This document shows positions 1 through 13,576 of a DNA stretch of 64,000 nucleotides, piece by piece. The stretch is from contig NC_043004.1 of NCBI RefSeq assembly GCF_006345805.1, forward strand, positions 49,662,001 to 49,726,000, given 5' to 3'. Each line of letters opens with the position of its first letter. Position 1 is the first letter of the stretch. Position numbers and translations under genes: made by a program. Origin of the DNA: Octopus sinensis. Taxonomy: Eukaryota. The notes beneath the pieces were generated by a model, which was not told the DNA's origin, ran no database searches, and saw nothing but the letters and a program-made list of their open reading frames with translations.

Positions 1-678
1 AGGGACTGTAATTATGAGAGGAGAGAGAGATAGAGAGAGAGAGAGAGGGGGTATAGCAGTCGGCGGTTGAGGCAACATTGAACGTATAAGATTGGCGGGT
101 GGACGGGTGGGTTTGTGTTGGTGGAGAAACCGAGCCGCCGGAACAATAACACCAGCAATACTAACAACAACGGCAAGCAGGCGAGGAGAGAGCGGCAGTG
201 GTAGAGATGTGGTGATTGCGTCGGTAATAGATTAACTCCCAGAGCCCTGACAGAACTTCTAGACGCGTGTATGTTTATACATAAATAGCTAATTGGATGA
301 ATTAATGATTGGCAATTTATTGCAGCTAATTAACAAATTACGATCAATCTAGCATAATTAATCATGTGAGTTGGGAAGAAAGCAATTATTTAATTAAATT
401 GAATTCGTATTATTAAATAATAATAATAATAATAAAGAAAGTCTTTGTATCACTGAAGACTTGGGTTTAGGATTGTTTTGTGCGACATTCCAGAACCTGC
501 CTTTCATCAGTGTTTGGTTTTCATTGGTAAAAATTGAACATTTTTCATAGACGACGAAGAGGATACAAGTTAGAAATGTCAACACCACAACGTTGCTGAG
601 ATAAACAGATCTGTAACTGGGGTCGAAGACGTTGAATGACAATTCAGTGGCGTCGACCAATGGCAGATGAGCTGTGTG

Positions 679-692
679 GTAACCATGGCAAC
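679..692. promoter_or_regulatory. RFX X-box-like palindrome, overlapping a Kozak-context ATG
   Basis: GTAACCATGGCAAC matches GTNRCCATGGYAAC; CCAAT at 657-661; lies in non-repetitive sequence. Confidence 0.35.
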
Positions 693-764
693 AAACGACA
701 GCAATATCTATAAACACAAACAAGATCAGAACCAAGTGGTCGGCACAGGTGGTTATAGGCTACA

Positions 765-807
765 TGCATACATACACACACACACACATACACGCATACA
801 TACATTC

Positions 808-856
<49 letters not shown>

Positions 857-1090
857 CACACATACATACATGCATACATACATATATACATACATATATA
901 CATACATATATATATACATACATATATACATACATATATACATGCATACATACATACATACATGTATACATATATACATACATACATATATACATGCATA
1001 CATACATATATACATGCATACATACATATATATACATGCATACATACATACATATATACATGCATACATATATGCATGCATACATACATA
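765..1090. repeat. Compound (TACA)n/(TA)n/(CA)n microsatellite, representative of dozens of similar tracts across the window
   Basis: Directly visible; produces the YI/HT/CV-rich pseudo-ORFs. Confidence 0.98.
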
Positions 1091-1120
1091 CCAATAATCA
1101 GCAGAAGTTAGAGTAACTCA

Positions 1121-1164
1121 AGGGACGAGAGTTTCGTACGTACCTGGGTACATATAGTCAGCTT
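1121..1164 (-). ncRNA. Degenerate hammerhead-like motif
   Basis: Minus strand: aag CTGACTA tatgtac ccag gtacgta c GAA AC tctc GTC cct; G8 is mutated and stem I is imperfect. Confidence 0.25.
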
Positions 1165-1348
1165 AATCTATAGGAAGTTGAGTTACGTTAAAAAAAAAAT
1201 CAATCTAAAATACTTTGTCTAAAATGGTTTTTCTTCTTGTCATTGAATTTACACACATACAAATAGATATCTTAATAACGTGTGCGTACGGACATATGCA
1301 TGTATTGTATGTACGTTGTATGTATGCATGTATATAATATATATATAT

Positions 1349-1395
<47 letters not shown>

Positions 1396-1511
1396 GAGGG
1401 CATTATTACACATAAATGCCACACGCTAGGAGGGACTTTCAAAGTCATTACTACCAAAAATAAACGAATCTTGTTAAGATTTCTTATTAAGATTTTATCC
1501 TTAATTGTTAA

Positions 1512-1547
<36 letters not shown>

Positions 1548-1628
1548 TCTTATTCTTTTACTTGTTTCAGTCATTTGACTGCGGCCATGCTGGAGCACAG
1601 TAGAACAATATATATGTATATATATATA

Positions 1629-1745
<117 letters not shown>

Positions 1746-2193
1746 GAGAGAGAGAAACTGACAGACAGACAGAGAGAAATGCACACAACAAACACAAAAA
1801 TTCATGCGTAAAAACAATTTTACTAACAGTTATTTACAAGTTTCACTGGTGGCTTTCTCAAAAACCGACGAAAAAAACAAAAATCAGAATTACTTCACGC
1901 ACGAATATATTAAGTGTATGGTGTTCAGTGAATAAACATTTTCAGATAATGGCAATAGATACTTATACCATTTATATCATAAGCAGTGACAGTGACCCTT
2001 AGGTTTTAGATGCTACAAATGCAGTCATTTCCAGCTGAGTTGACTTGGATTAACTGAACTGAATTGCCTTGCTCAAGGAAAGAGTGCATCCTCAGTTTCA
2101 AGATCCCTCGGGGACGCGCATCACAACCACCAGGCCAGCGCTTCTCTCTTTCTTTCTCTCTCCACCTCACCCCCACACGTAGATATATTTATA

Positions 2194-2358
2194 TACGATG
2201 GGCTTCTTTCAGTTTCCGTCTACCAAATCTACTCACAATTCTTTGGTGGGCTCAAGGCTATAGTAGAAGACACTTGCTCAGGGTGCCACGCAGTGGAACT
2301 GAAATCGGAACCAATTGGTTGGGAAGCAAGCTTCTTACCACACAGCCACTCCTGCGCC
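2194..2358 (-). mobile_element. SINE family A, 5' part
   Basis: Reverse complement of the ggagtggctgtgtggtaag...gaaactgaaagaagccc head shared with 16384 and 28684. Confidence 0.85.
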
Positions 2359-2385
2359 TGTATGTGTTTGTGTGTGTGTGCGTAC

Positions 2386-2417
<32 letters not shown>

Positions 2418-2431
2418 ATATATATATGTAT

Positions 2432-2476
<45 letters not shown>

Positions 2477-2513
2477 TATATAGAAGGACCCCGGATCAAC
2501 CCGGGACCTACAT

Positions 2514-2568
<55 letters not shown>

Positions 2569-2742
2569 GCATGTATATATATTTGTATATATCCATATAT
2601 ATATGTATACATACACACACAAACTTGTATATACATACACATGTTTATATATATATACTTATATTACACATATATATGTATATATATATATGTATGTATA
2701 CACACACACACACATGTATATATATATATATATATATATATA

Positions 2743-2987
2743 TCTTTTTGTGCCTTATTATTTAACTCACTCACCTGTTCAGTTTCCACTCATTTACCTC
2801 TGTATCTTTTCTAAAATTTTTGTTGCGCCTTGTAACCTTTTCAATGGTCGTTGACATTCAACAACTAATTGAAAAGGTTGCAAGACTATTGAAAAGGTTG
2901 CAAGATACAAGAAAAAATTTTAAGAAAAAAATAAAGAAACAAGAGGACTCTGAACCGGTGAGTCTGTTAAAAAAAGGCACAAAAAGA
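2743..2987. repeat. Foldback/palindromic element with a 3-nt loop
   Basis: Arms tctttttgtgcc...gttga and tcaac...ggcacaaaaaga around CAT at 2855-2857; 21-bp tandem duplication in the right arm. Confidence 0.8.
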
Positions 2988-3088
2988 GAATGACTCTCCC
3001 CAGACAACAAAATATGCTTCAGCACACGAACTCACATAAATAATCTTGCAAATCAAATCAAAAATCGGTATATAAATATGTATGTATG

Positions 3089-3170
<82 letters not shown>

Positions 3171-3366
3171 ATATATATATATGTATATAAATATATATAT
3201 ATATACACACACATATATTGTCGTAGAAAAATTTGTGGACACTGATATTGCTTAAACGCCAATTCATGCCCAATTTTGAACAAATTCATGATCAAAATCT
3301 CTCCAACCATAATCATTCCATATGTTTAGGGTTATCAGGAACTACATTATCTTGTTTCCTTCTACA

Positions 3367-3764
3367 TCTTTATATATAAAAGTGAAGTTGTGTGTCTGTC
3401 TCCTACGATTTAGATTCCTAACTACTCCCACATTTTGCAGTGCAGTTTAACCAAAACCGGGTATCTTATAGTCGTGATTCATATCGAGCCCTTCTGGGTA
3501 TTAGCGTGCGTCTATGATAAGTCTACGATTTAAAAAAAAAATTACCATCATTTTTTCCCATCTTAATGCATTTTTTCGCTATTATATAAGGGAAGTAACT
3601 CTCTAAAAATGTCTACGATGAGTCAACGATTTAAAAAAAAATTTACCATAATTTTTTTTCCATTTTTAATGCATTTTTTTGCTATTTTTTGGCTATAACT
3701 CTCTAAAAATGCTTATATAGTTATTTCCCTTACAAACCCGAGCAACGCCGGGCGATACTGCTAG
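3367..3764 (+). mobile_element. Non-autonomous Helitron
   Basis: 5' TC after A; 3' hairpin cccgagcaacgccggg (3737-3752) then CTAG followed by T; internal direct duplication. Confidence 0.85.
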
Positions 3765-4453
3765 TTTAGTATAAATTGAAGGTGAGTTGTTCACTTGGCA
3801 AAAATTCCTTGCATTATGTATAATTTATCATAATGTCATGCTACTGCATCCAACCTTTCCTCATCTTTTCATACAAATACTCAATTATACGTGTGTGTAT
3901 TTCAATACGCGCACGCTCCTAGACTGCGAGGAAAAACCTATAAAGAAATATTTTTAATGATCAAATATATGACTGCATGTATTTTTGTCTTAAATTGATG
4001 CTTATAATGTCTCATCCCTTTATATATAGTTTGTGTGCATGCATGCATGTATGTATGTATGTATGTATGTATGTATGTATGTATGTATGTATGTATGTAT
4101 GTATGTATGTATGTAGGTATGTATGTATGTATGTGTGTATGTGTGTATGTATGTATGTATGTATGTATGTATGTGTGTATGTGTGTATGTATGTGTGTCT
4201 GTCTGTCTGTCTGTATGTATGTACGTACGTACGTACGTATGTATGTATGCGTGTGTGTGTATGTATGTATGTATGTATGTGTGTATGTGTGTATGTATGT
4301 ATGTATGTACGTATGTATGCATGTATGTGTGTCTGTATGTATGTATGTATGTATGTATGGGTGTGTGTGTGTGTCTGTATGTATATATGCATGTGTGTGT
4401 CTGTCTGTCTGTATGTATGTATATATGAATGTATGTATGTATGTATGTATATA

Positions 4454-4656
4454 ATAGTTGGGTAGGCCGGTTTATGGGGCCACCCTGGGTTTCTCGCTCA
4501 TAAGGGGTTTAACCTTACGGCGAATCTTCGGATCCGAAACACTGCTGGACTGAGACCAAGGCCATCAGTGTTCGGGGTCTGAAGATATGCCGTAAGGCTA
4601 AACACCTTATGAGCGAGAAAACCAAAGTAACCCCATAAACCGGCCTACCCCACTAT
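4454..4656. mobile_element. Palindromic MITE-like element
   Basis: Imperfect inverted arms of about 91 bp (4454-4544, 4566-4656) with a 21-nt spacer; TA-rich flanks. Confidence 0.8.
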
Positions 4657-4727
4657 AATATTTACTGCTCTACATCTTAGAGTCTGCTTCTTCTCCAGAT
4701 TTATGTATTTCTATAAACGATCCTATG

Positions 4728-4764
<37 letters not shown>

Positions 4765-4903
4765 ATATATATAGATATATATATATATATATATATAATA
4801 TTTTATATAATATAATATTATATAATGTTTATATATATATAATATAATGTGTATATATATATATATATTATATATATATATATAATATAATGTATATATA
4901 TAA

Positions 4904-4955
<52 letters not shown>

Positions 4956-7192
4956 GTATATATATAATATATATATATATATTATATATATATATAATAT
5001 ATATATATATTACATACACATACATAGACACACACACATACAAATTATATCAGCATCTACAAGCATATTTCATAATTATGATTCAACAAGTGTGTTTGTT
5101 TATTGAAATATGGAAAGGGAAGTTAGTGTTAAAACAAATATATAGTGAAATGTAAACATCCAGACGATAGTGTATATATATATAACATCTTGTGAGATGG
5201 GAAGACCCAACACGAAGACGATGTGTGTGTGTATGTATGTAGGAAAGGTAGAGACACCCAATGATTAAAACTTAATTATTAAGGATCAAATTGTAACATT
5301 CAGTGAATTTTTTGTTTTTAGATCAACAATAAAATTTTTTATTTCAGAAATCAACTGATTAAGAGTGAGAAAAACGAATCTGATGAATTCCGCCATGCTT
5401 AGCGGCCAGACGACGAGATGCGATGAAATATATTAAAGGAGGCAGAGTATGGAGGGGAAAAAAAAAGATGATAATAGAATTGTAAGGTAAATTTATATTA
5501 CACACACTGGGAAATAATAAAATATTTTAAGAGAAAATTAACATGATATTAGATTTAAAAAAAAAAAAACCACCCTGCGTGTTTGTGTCGGTCGTATAAA
5601 TTGAACCACGTCCGGGAGACTTGAATCTATAAAAATTTTTTTAGCGATTTTAATGGATCTCATTTCAAAGAAAGATATGCGGGAAAGTATCAGGAATGAA
5701 CATGTTAGGTTATGATAAATAAAGAGAGAGGAGAATATATTTAATAAGGGAGTTGATGTGATGGGGGTTGATCAAGTCTGATGAAAGCCAGCTATTTTGA
5801 GAGATTCAGGGATTTTACAGAACAGCTGAGAAGAAACAACAACCTGTTGGTTAAAAAAGACTTGGTTCACTTACTTGATTTTAAATGATCAGTTAGTAAT
5901 AAAGAAATCAGTAAGACACGGGACGAATGGGGAAATGTAAAGCTAAATAGACAATATCGTAAATGTCTTTCCCTTGTAGCTTGCTGACCAAATTGTCTCC
6001 ACCAAAATACATCCGACACTATTTAGTTTTAAAGTGGTCAAATAAACGTAGACGTCTGAAAGAGAAATGTACGTGGGACGCCACTGAATTCAAAGTTGTA
6101 AGAAGTTGTAAATCAGATAAGTGTCATAATCTCATCCAAGTAGGGAAGTGAGACCGGGAGAGAATCGCCACTAAACTATCTTACTTAGCAGACGACATTA
6201 CCTCCATTATTCAACCTTTGACCCAAACTGACGCTCAACAACGTCATATGGCGCGAAAACAGCACAACAGTCACATACTTGAATCCACGTGGTCTACAAG
6301 GAAATGGGCTGGATCCGAGCATTTCGCGACTGTTTTGCGTCTTATTTACTGACAATAACTAAAGTTTAGGGTTACCATTGTAGTTTAAATGAAGAAATAG
6401 GTTCTATAAGTTTAATAACCATTAATATAAGCGACATTAAATGCAGTTTAAGAAGACATGCGATATAGAAATAGGTGAAGTAAACCGAGAGAGTCGATGT
6501 TGATGTAGCGAGTCTCCGCAGAGACGGAGGTGTGAAGCGGGCAGAGAAAGATACCAAAATATTGCATTCGTCAATAACAGTAGTTTTAGGAAAAATATGT
6601 CAAAGAAATATAATTAATAAATTAAAATATTAAGTTAGAAGAAGGTTTTATAAGTGCTTTCTGGCGAGTCTTGAAGTTTGGTGTTGTTCGAACTTCCTTC
6701 CCGCAGTTGGTAACCAAACTTCAAAATGGACGCATTCACTCCATTGTTTAGTAGTGAAAGCGCCATCAGGCGACGACAGTAGCAGTTAGCAGCCAGCGAT
6801 GGGTGGGTAACTCCAACGGACTTTTTCGACTTAACGGAGTGGTGGGAGCCCAAGAAACGAGGAGTTGTATTAAACATGTGTTGATGCTTCCTATGAAACT
6901 CAACTTTAAACGTATTTACACATTATGTCAGTGTTAACAAAGGGAATTAATATAAACATACACACTCAACTTGTATTTTGGCTAGTCTCACTTAATGGAT
7001 ATGCATTTCCTTTCACCTGGAGTTGGTGATTTTTTGCGCTATTATATCTATAAAGGCGTGATTGATTATTATTTATAGTATTTTTCTTATCCAAAAGCTG
7101 TTTTATAAGTTTTGTTGTTATGAAGAAAAAGTACAATCTGCCCTCATGACATTTTCAAAGTTTGCAGCTGTCTGTTCGTTGTGCAAAAGTCC

Positions 7193-7998
7193 ATGAAAGT
7201 AAGGCAATGGATCGTCCCGGTGTGTGATTGTACACCTATTGTTAAAGGGATTTCTCAAAAGTTTTTTTGCGTGTAATTTTGTGATTATTTTCTGTAATTA
7301 TGACCACATAAAAGATAAAAACCAAGTTAGTTTAGCTGTATGCATCAGCTTCATTGTCTCCAAAACACGCTGTGCTTGACGTGGGCCCTAGATGTGGCGC
7401 AGGTGAGAAAGATTGGACAAAGCGGCGATGCCGGAGAAGATTTTTAAGTTGAGCACACAAAATAAATGTAATATGCAAACTTAACAGATGATTTATTGCT
7501 ACTTGAGGAGCAGATGAAAACTAAGACAAATAACAAAGCGGGGAGTTCGTCACGACGGAGGCGAGTTGGCATCGGTGCGGGTGGCTGTGTGCAGTAAGCG
7601 TCGTCTGCCGTTTTTCGAACGCACACATTCACCACACACATACATACACCCCATCACCTTTCACATGTGTAGGAGCAGGAGAAGCCTTCGTTATATACAC
7701 ATACACAAACCTACATATAAACATAAAAACAAACAGAAATATACACTTAGATATTTAGGGAAAACTCATACCCACAAACATTTAAACATTAGTCCAACAC
7801 ACACAGACTACTAATATCTTCTATACCCTACCAAAGTCCACACTCCGACCGATCGACTCAATAAAAAAAAAATAACAACAACTAAAGTCTGGCGTATACT
7901 GTCTACTTCACAGAGGCCCAGCTGCGGACACCTGCCGATCACGAGACCGAGGGGGCGTGAGAAGCTTGTCCCTCAGCCCCCTGGAGTTGGGGACATAG
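7193..7998 (+). CDS. Speculative 4-exon small ORF (87 aa), or non-coding/UTR exons
   Basis: Exons 7193-7198, 7336-7402, 7488-7593 and 7914-7998 join in frame through GT-AG sites (AAA|GTAAGG, CAG|GTGAGA, GCA|GTAAGC); no recognisable domain. Confidence 0.15.
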
Positions 7999-9095
7999 AG
8001 ACATAGATTGAATCGTATTCTATCTTTGGTCTCTATTTTTGTACGATTAACCTTGCCCTCCTTCCGAATATAACCCGTCAACAGTAGGAGTTAATCTCAT
8101 CCAAAATTGAGATAGAACAAACCAACGCTTTTAAGCAGAATGAATACCTCTCAGAGAGAGACAGAAGAAATTTCTTTAAGGAAATAAAAAACGAATAAAA
8201 GTGTAATTCTTTTCTTTTACGACTCATTTCCAAAGATCTCCAATTATATAGGAATAGAAAGACCACAAGTTTGTCCCAACTTTTTCTCACAGGTTATGCA
8301 AATGGTTGGTAGATATTAACGAATTTGATATGTTTATCAAATGATTTTGATAAACCAGTCAAAGGAAAAACGGGGCATTACACTTCCTTCTTGTTCATAT
8401 TACAAATCATAAATTTAATAAGAGTTTTGTACCGTGGCCTTTGCTATGTATTAGCCTTATTCTTTGTTGTTTAGCGTTTTATTACTACAGATTAGTAATG
8501 CGATTCAAGAAACAATTGTTCTAAGCACCCATTTTATTTTCTTTGCCCTAGACATCTGCTGGGAATATTTATAAAGACTGACGAAGAGAATCAAATAAAT
8601 GAAACTTGTTATTAAATGCATATTTTTCTTTCGTTTATCTGAAAGAATATTTATGAAAATGAAATTGTAACTTTTCAAAGCGAATTACTTTTAAAACCAC
8701 ATCCCCCTTTATAACTCCTCAACGCTTTATGATGCAAATTGTATATAATTTATTTTCTAGATATCAGACAACTACTTCTAAGCACGTATTCTTTTTTTCT
8801 TATCAAAACCGTTTTATGTGGATTTGTATGCGCCTGAGGACGTTACGTATACAGCTTTACTTTTATCTCGTTATTGACATAGACTAAGATTTAAAGAAAG
8901 AAAGAAATCCAGATGAAATATCCGTACCCAAACACTTAACATGTCATTTACAACAACAAAAGTAATATCAGCAACGAAATAAAAAAATAATTTCAAAATC
9001 TTTATATCTTAAGTCTTTTTGTTTTACGAAATAAAAGGAAAACCCCTTTATTTTATAAAAGCGAACCTTAAATCTGCGGGTATTAAAACATTTGA

Positions 9096-9193
<98 letters not shown>
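9096..9193. repeat. (TCTA)n microsatellite; similar tracts at 17419-17652, 37123-37350, 43831-43915 and 51156-51241
   Basis: Directly visible. Confidence 0.98.
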
Positions 9194-9888
9194 TTAACCA
9201 TCTATCATCATATTTACACTGCCTGCTCTCTGTCCTTTTTTCACAATTTCTTTCTTTTTTCTTATTCTGTTTTATTGTTATTCTTACTTCCTCATTTTAT
9301 TGTTCTATGCTTAGATTTAGGATTGCCGCCTTTGTACCGTTTTTTCTCTCGGAGTTTGTTCTTACATACTCAGCTGTGCTGGAGTGAAAAGGAAGACAGA
9401 TGAGAGAATAACAGCGAGATGAAGAAGAAGACATGTGCTCTCCATCCAGTTTTACACATTGACTAATGCAAATTATTTGTAGAAGAGGGACGACGACGAG
9501 GATGATGATGCTGATGCTGACGAAGGAGTAGAAGAAATGCTTGATATTCTAGTAGCAATTTTTAGATTGTTCTCCTGCGTCTGATTTTTCTTTTATTTTT
9601 CTCTTTTTATTCTGCTTCAAAACAATATGTTCTCAACTGGAAATCTGCCCACTTTCCCATTATTTCTCTTTCTTTTGCTTTCCTTTTTTACATTTTACTT
9701 TCGTGCTATTTCAACCCCACCCCCATCACTTCTTTTATTTTTCTCGGAGCAACAGCCGACATTTTCTCTTCCTTTGCGTAACTCATAGATTGACAATATT
9801 GAGGAGCTAGTTTGGACTATTTATCAAGGGAGAGGGTGAGAGACGAAAAACTATAGTGAAAGAGAGAGAAAAACTATATATATATTAT

Positions 9889-9946
<58 letters not shown>

Positions 9947-10018
9947 TCTATGTATGTATACAGACTCACACATACATATATATGTGTGTATATTGTATAT
10001 TATATTTGTGTATGTTTG

Positions 10019-10052
<34 letters not shown>

Positions 10053-10075
10053 TATATAATACATAAATACATACA

Positions 10076-10111
<36 letters not shown>

Positions 10112-10155
10112 TATACATACGTACATACATATATACATACATACATATATTATAC

Positions 10156-10197
<42 letters not shown>

Positions 10198-12102
10198 ATA
10201 GGTAGATAGATAGATAGATAGATAGACATACATTTGTGTATATGTGTTATACGTTTGTATTTATATATATGCGTTTTTATGTATGTATGTATAAACTGGG
10301 GAAGCTGAAACAACTGTCGCTCCTAGATGGTATTTTCTTCGTAACCACAGAATGAACAAAAGTTCTAAGAGGCCAGGTTTTTCAATTGAGCTTTTTCACA
10401 TCGTATAAGACGTAACATTACAATAATGGCCACCGTTTCGTAAGGGGTGGACATCTATGCACGTATGTATTCTTAAACATACAACAGGAAAGAAAAAGAA
10501 AAAAAGGTTTATTATAAAGGTAAAGAAATAATAAAATTGAATTAAATTAACATTGAAAGTAAATGGTTTTGTCTTTTGTTGCCAGAGGAAATAAATAAAA
10601 AACAGAATACAAAAAAAAAAATAAAAATAAAAACAATGAACGTCTAGTTTATTTAATTATTTGCATTGTTAATGAAGAGAAAAAGCGTTTTTTTTTCTTT
10701 AAAATTTGTGGCAGCTTGGTTGTCTCTATTTGAACTATCCGCTGTGTTCTGTGGGAAAGTATTTCCCATTATTATAGTCACAACAAATGGTTTTAATAAT
10801 CCTAGGAGTGCCAAATTGGTATTGAGTCCCCCGGAGAGAGACATATACGTGTTCATATTTTCATTGTAACGACAATTGGTGAATTTTTCACTCTAAAAAG
10901 CAATTCCGAATTAAAGAAGAAAATCTATTCTTTTGCCCTGTCATCGGTGGGAAACGATTTTAAAGGAACAGAATGTAAATAGTGAACAGGCGAGAGTTAG
11001 CCTTTTGGTAATGTCAATTTCATATAGGGACTGATCATGGATGGGAGCCATGTAACTGATACAATAGTTAAAAAAAAAAAAAAAGACGATGTTGTTTAGT
11101 CTTTTTGCCACCTACTAGTGTGACACACGTCCTACGTATTTTCTTTCACGTTTAGAAGTAATTTTTGTCATTTTCTTTGGTAGTGTAACGTGTTGATAAT
11201 TTTGGAACATTTTCTGGGGAGAAACGTTAGAAAGAAACTCCATATGTTCCAAACAACAAAACACTTCATTTTCCTTCTTAAAACTCTATCCTTTTGTCAC
11301 AGTTTCGTCCCTTTGTTTGCTATTATTTAAAAAACGTTATAAAAAGCTGATCTGCTTCCTATTTTTCACAAATTTCTTTCTCATCATTGTTCCCAGTAGA
11401 TGGTTTTATTATGCCTTATCATGGGGCAACGTTTCTCTTCTATTGATGCCATTTCTGATGCAGTCGACATATCATCAATAACTTTAAGAGCTAGCTGTGT
11501 GGAAAGAATTAGGGAAGGAGCTGAAGAAGGATATATTTCGAAGTACAAAATATATTTTCACAAAATGTGATGTATTAAATGAATGTATTAAATGAATGGC
11601 TTCTGATTTAGGCACAAGGCCGGCAGTTTTGCGGGGAGAAGATGTAGTTGATGGCATTGACCCTAGTAACTGACTGGTACTTTTTTAATCAACCATATAA
11701 AAGTAAAGTTGACTCCAGTGGCATTTGAAATCAGAACGCAATACATAATGCCGAGGTTAACTCTGCCGCTCATCTCTCCGGGATCTATAAGTACCAATGA
11801 AGCACTGGAGTCAGAAAAACAAACAAATGAATTTAATTCGTTTTAATTCGTTAATTTATTATTTCACATGAAATGGAACCGGTGGAAGAGACAAATAGCC
11901 AACAACAGTTTTAAATGACTTGATTGTCCTTCATTCAGTCACTGATGAGGTATTGATTTAAATATTGAAACCGACCCTTCTGATTTTGTTTTATTATTAT
12001 TTTTTTTTCGTTCTCCACGTAGATATTGAATAAAAGACAAGTTGCTTTCACCTGTCAATACATGCGATGTTAGCTAAAAATTTACATATATATATTTAAA
12101 CA

Positions 12103-12138
<36 letters not shown>

Positions 12139-12140
12139 TA

Positions 12141-12184
<44 letters not shown>

Positions 12185-12465
12185 ATATATAGATATAGTA
12201 TATAGAGAGAGGAGAGAGAGAGAGAAGAAATAGATATATATAGATAGATATAGATACAGATATATAATTATTTATATATACATACATACATACATACATA
12301 CATAATATATATATATTATATATATATATATATATATTATATATAGATAGATAGATAGATAGATATAGATATGTAATTATTTATATATTACACATACATA
12401 TATATATGTTTATATACATATATATATATATACATACTTATATATATATATATATATATATACAC

Positions 12466-12847
12466 ACTCTTACTCTATTACTTGTTTCAGTCATTTGATT
12501 GCTGCCATGCTGGAGCACCACCTTTAGTCGAGCAAATCGACCCCTGGACTTATTCTTTGTAAGCCAAGTACTTATTCTATCGGTCTTTTTTGCCGAACCG
12601 CTAAGTTACGGGGACTAAACACACCAGCATCGGTTTTCAAGCGATGTTGGGTGGGTGCGGTGGACAAACACAGACGCACAATCACACGCACGCACACGTA
12701 TACGTATACATATATACGATGGGATTCTTTCAGTTTCCGTCTTCTAAATCCACTCACAAGGCTTTGGTCGGCCCGAGGCTATAGTAGAAGACACCTGCCC
12801 AAGGTGCTACGCAGTGGGACTGAACCCGGAACCATGTGGTTGGTAAG
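12466..12847 (-). mobile_element. SINE family A, head truncated by an adjacent SINE
   Basis: Tail, central microsatellite and head match family A up to ggttggtaagc. Confidence 0.9.
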
Positions 12848-13150
12848 CGTGGCTTAGTGGTTTGGGCATTCGGCTCACGATCATAAGTTCGATTCCCGGC
12901 GACGAGTTGTGTCTTTGAGCAAGACACTTTATTTTTCACGTTGTCCAGTCCACTCAGCTGGCAAAAATGAGTAGTACCTGTATTTCAAAGGGCCAGCCCT
13001 GTCACACTGTGTCACGCTGAATCTCCCTGAGAACTACGTTAGGGATTACGCGTGTCTGTGGATTGCTCAGTCACTTGCACGTTAATTTCACGAGCAGACT
13101 GTTCCGTTGATCGTATCAGCTGGGACCCTAGTCGTAGTAACCGACGGAGT
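12848..13150 (+). mobile_element. SINE family C (tRNA-derived)
   Basis: A-box-like tggcttagtgg, B-box-like gttcgattccc, then ttgagcaagacacttt; related head at about 60360. Confidence 0.75.
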
Positions 13151-13184
13151 GCTTTTATTTTGTTTTTAGCTATATCTATATATA

Positions 13185-13558
13185 TCTTTTATCTTTCACT
13201 CGTTTCAGTCATTTGATCGTGGCCATGCTGGAGCATTGCCTTGAAGGGCTTTAATAGAACAAATCAACCCCAGGGCTAAGTTTTTCTTTTTGCCGAACCG
13301 TTAAGTTACGGGGACGTAAACACACCAACACTGGTTGTCAAGATGTGGTGGGGACAAACAAAGACACACACACAGACACATATACATATATACGACAGGC
13401 TTCTTCCAGTTTACGTCTTCCAAATCCACTCACAGGGCTTTTGTTGGCCCGAGAATATAATGGAAGACACTTGTCCAAGTTTTCACGCTGTGAGACTGAA
13501 GCCGGAACCATGTGAGATTGAGAAGCAAGCTTCTTACCACATGGCCACGCCTGCGCCT
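13185..13558 (-). mobile_element. SINE family A, full-length and diverged
   Basis: Both head and tail align with family A. Confidence 0.85.
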
Positions 13559-13576
13559 ATATATATATATATATAA

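Noticed and set aside
394-735. 113-aa hydrophobic minus-strand ORF
   Set aside because: No recognisable domain, no ATG start, ends in a (TAT)n tract; an ORF of this length can arise by chance
4579-4610. CTGAAGA tat gcc gtaa ggc TAAAC
   Set aside because: G12 is absent, there are extra nucleotides, and no stem III or cleavage triplet
11925-11975. CTGATGAG...GAAAC hammerhead-like string
   Set aside because: Stem II is possible, but stems I and III cannot be paired around a UH triplet
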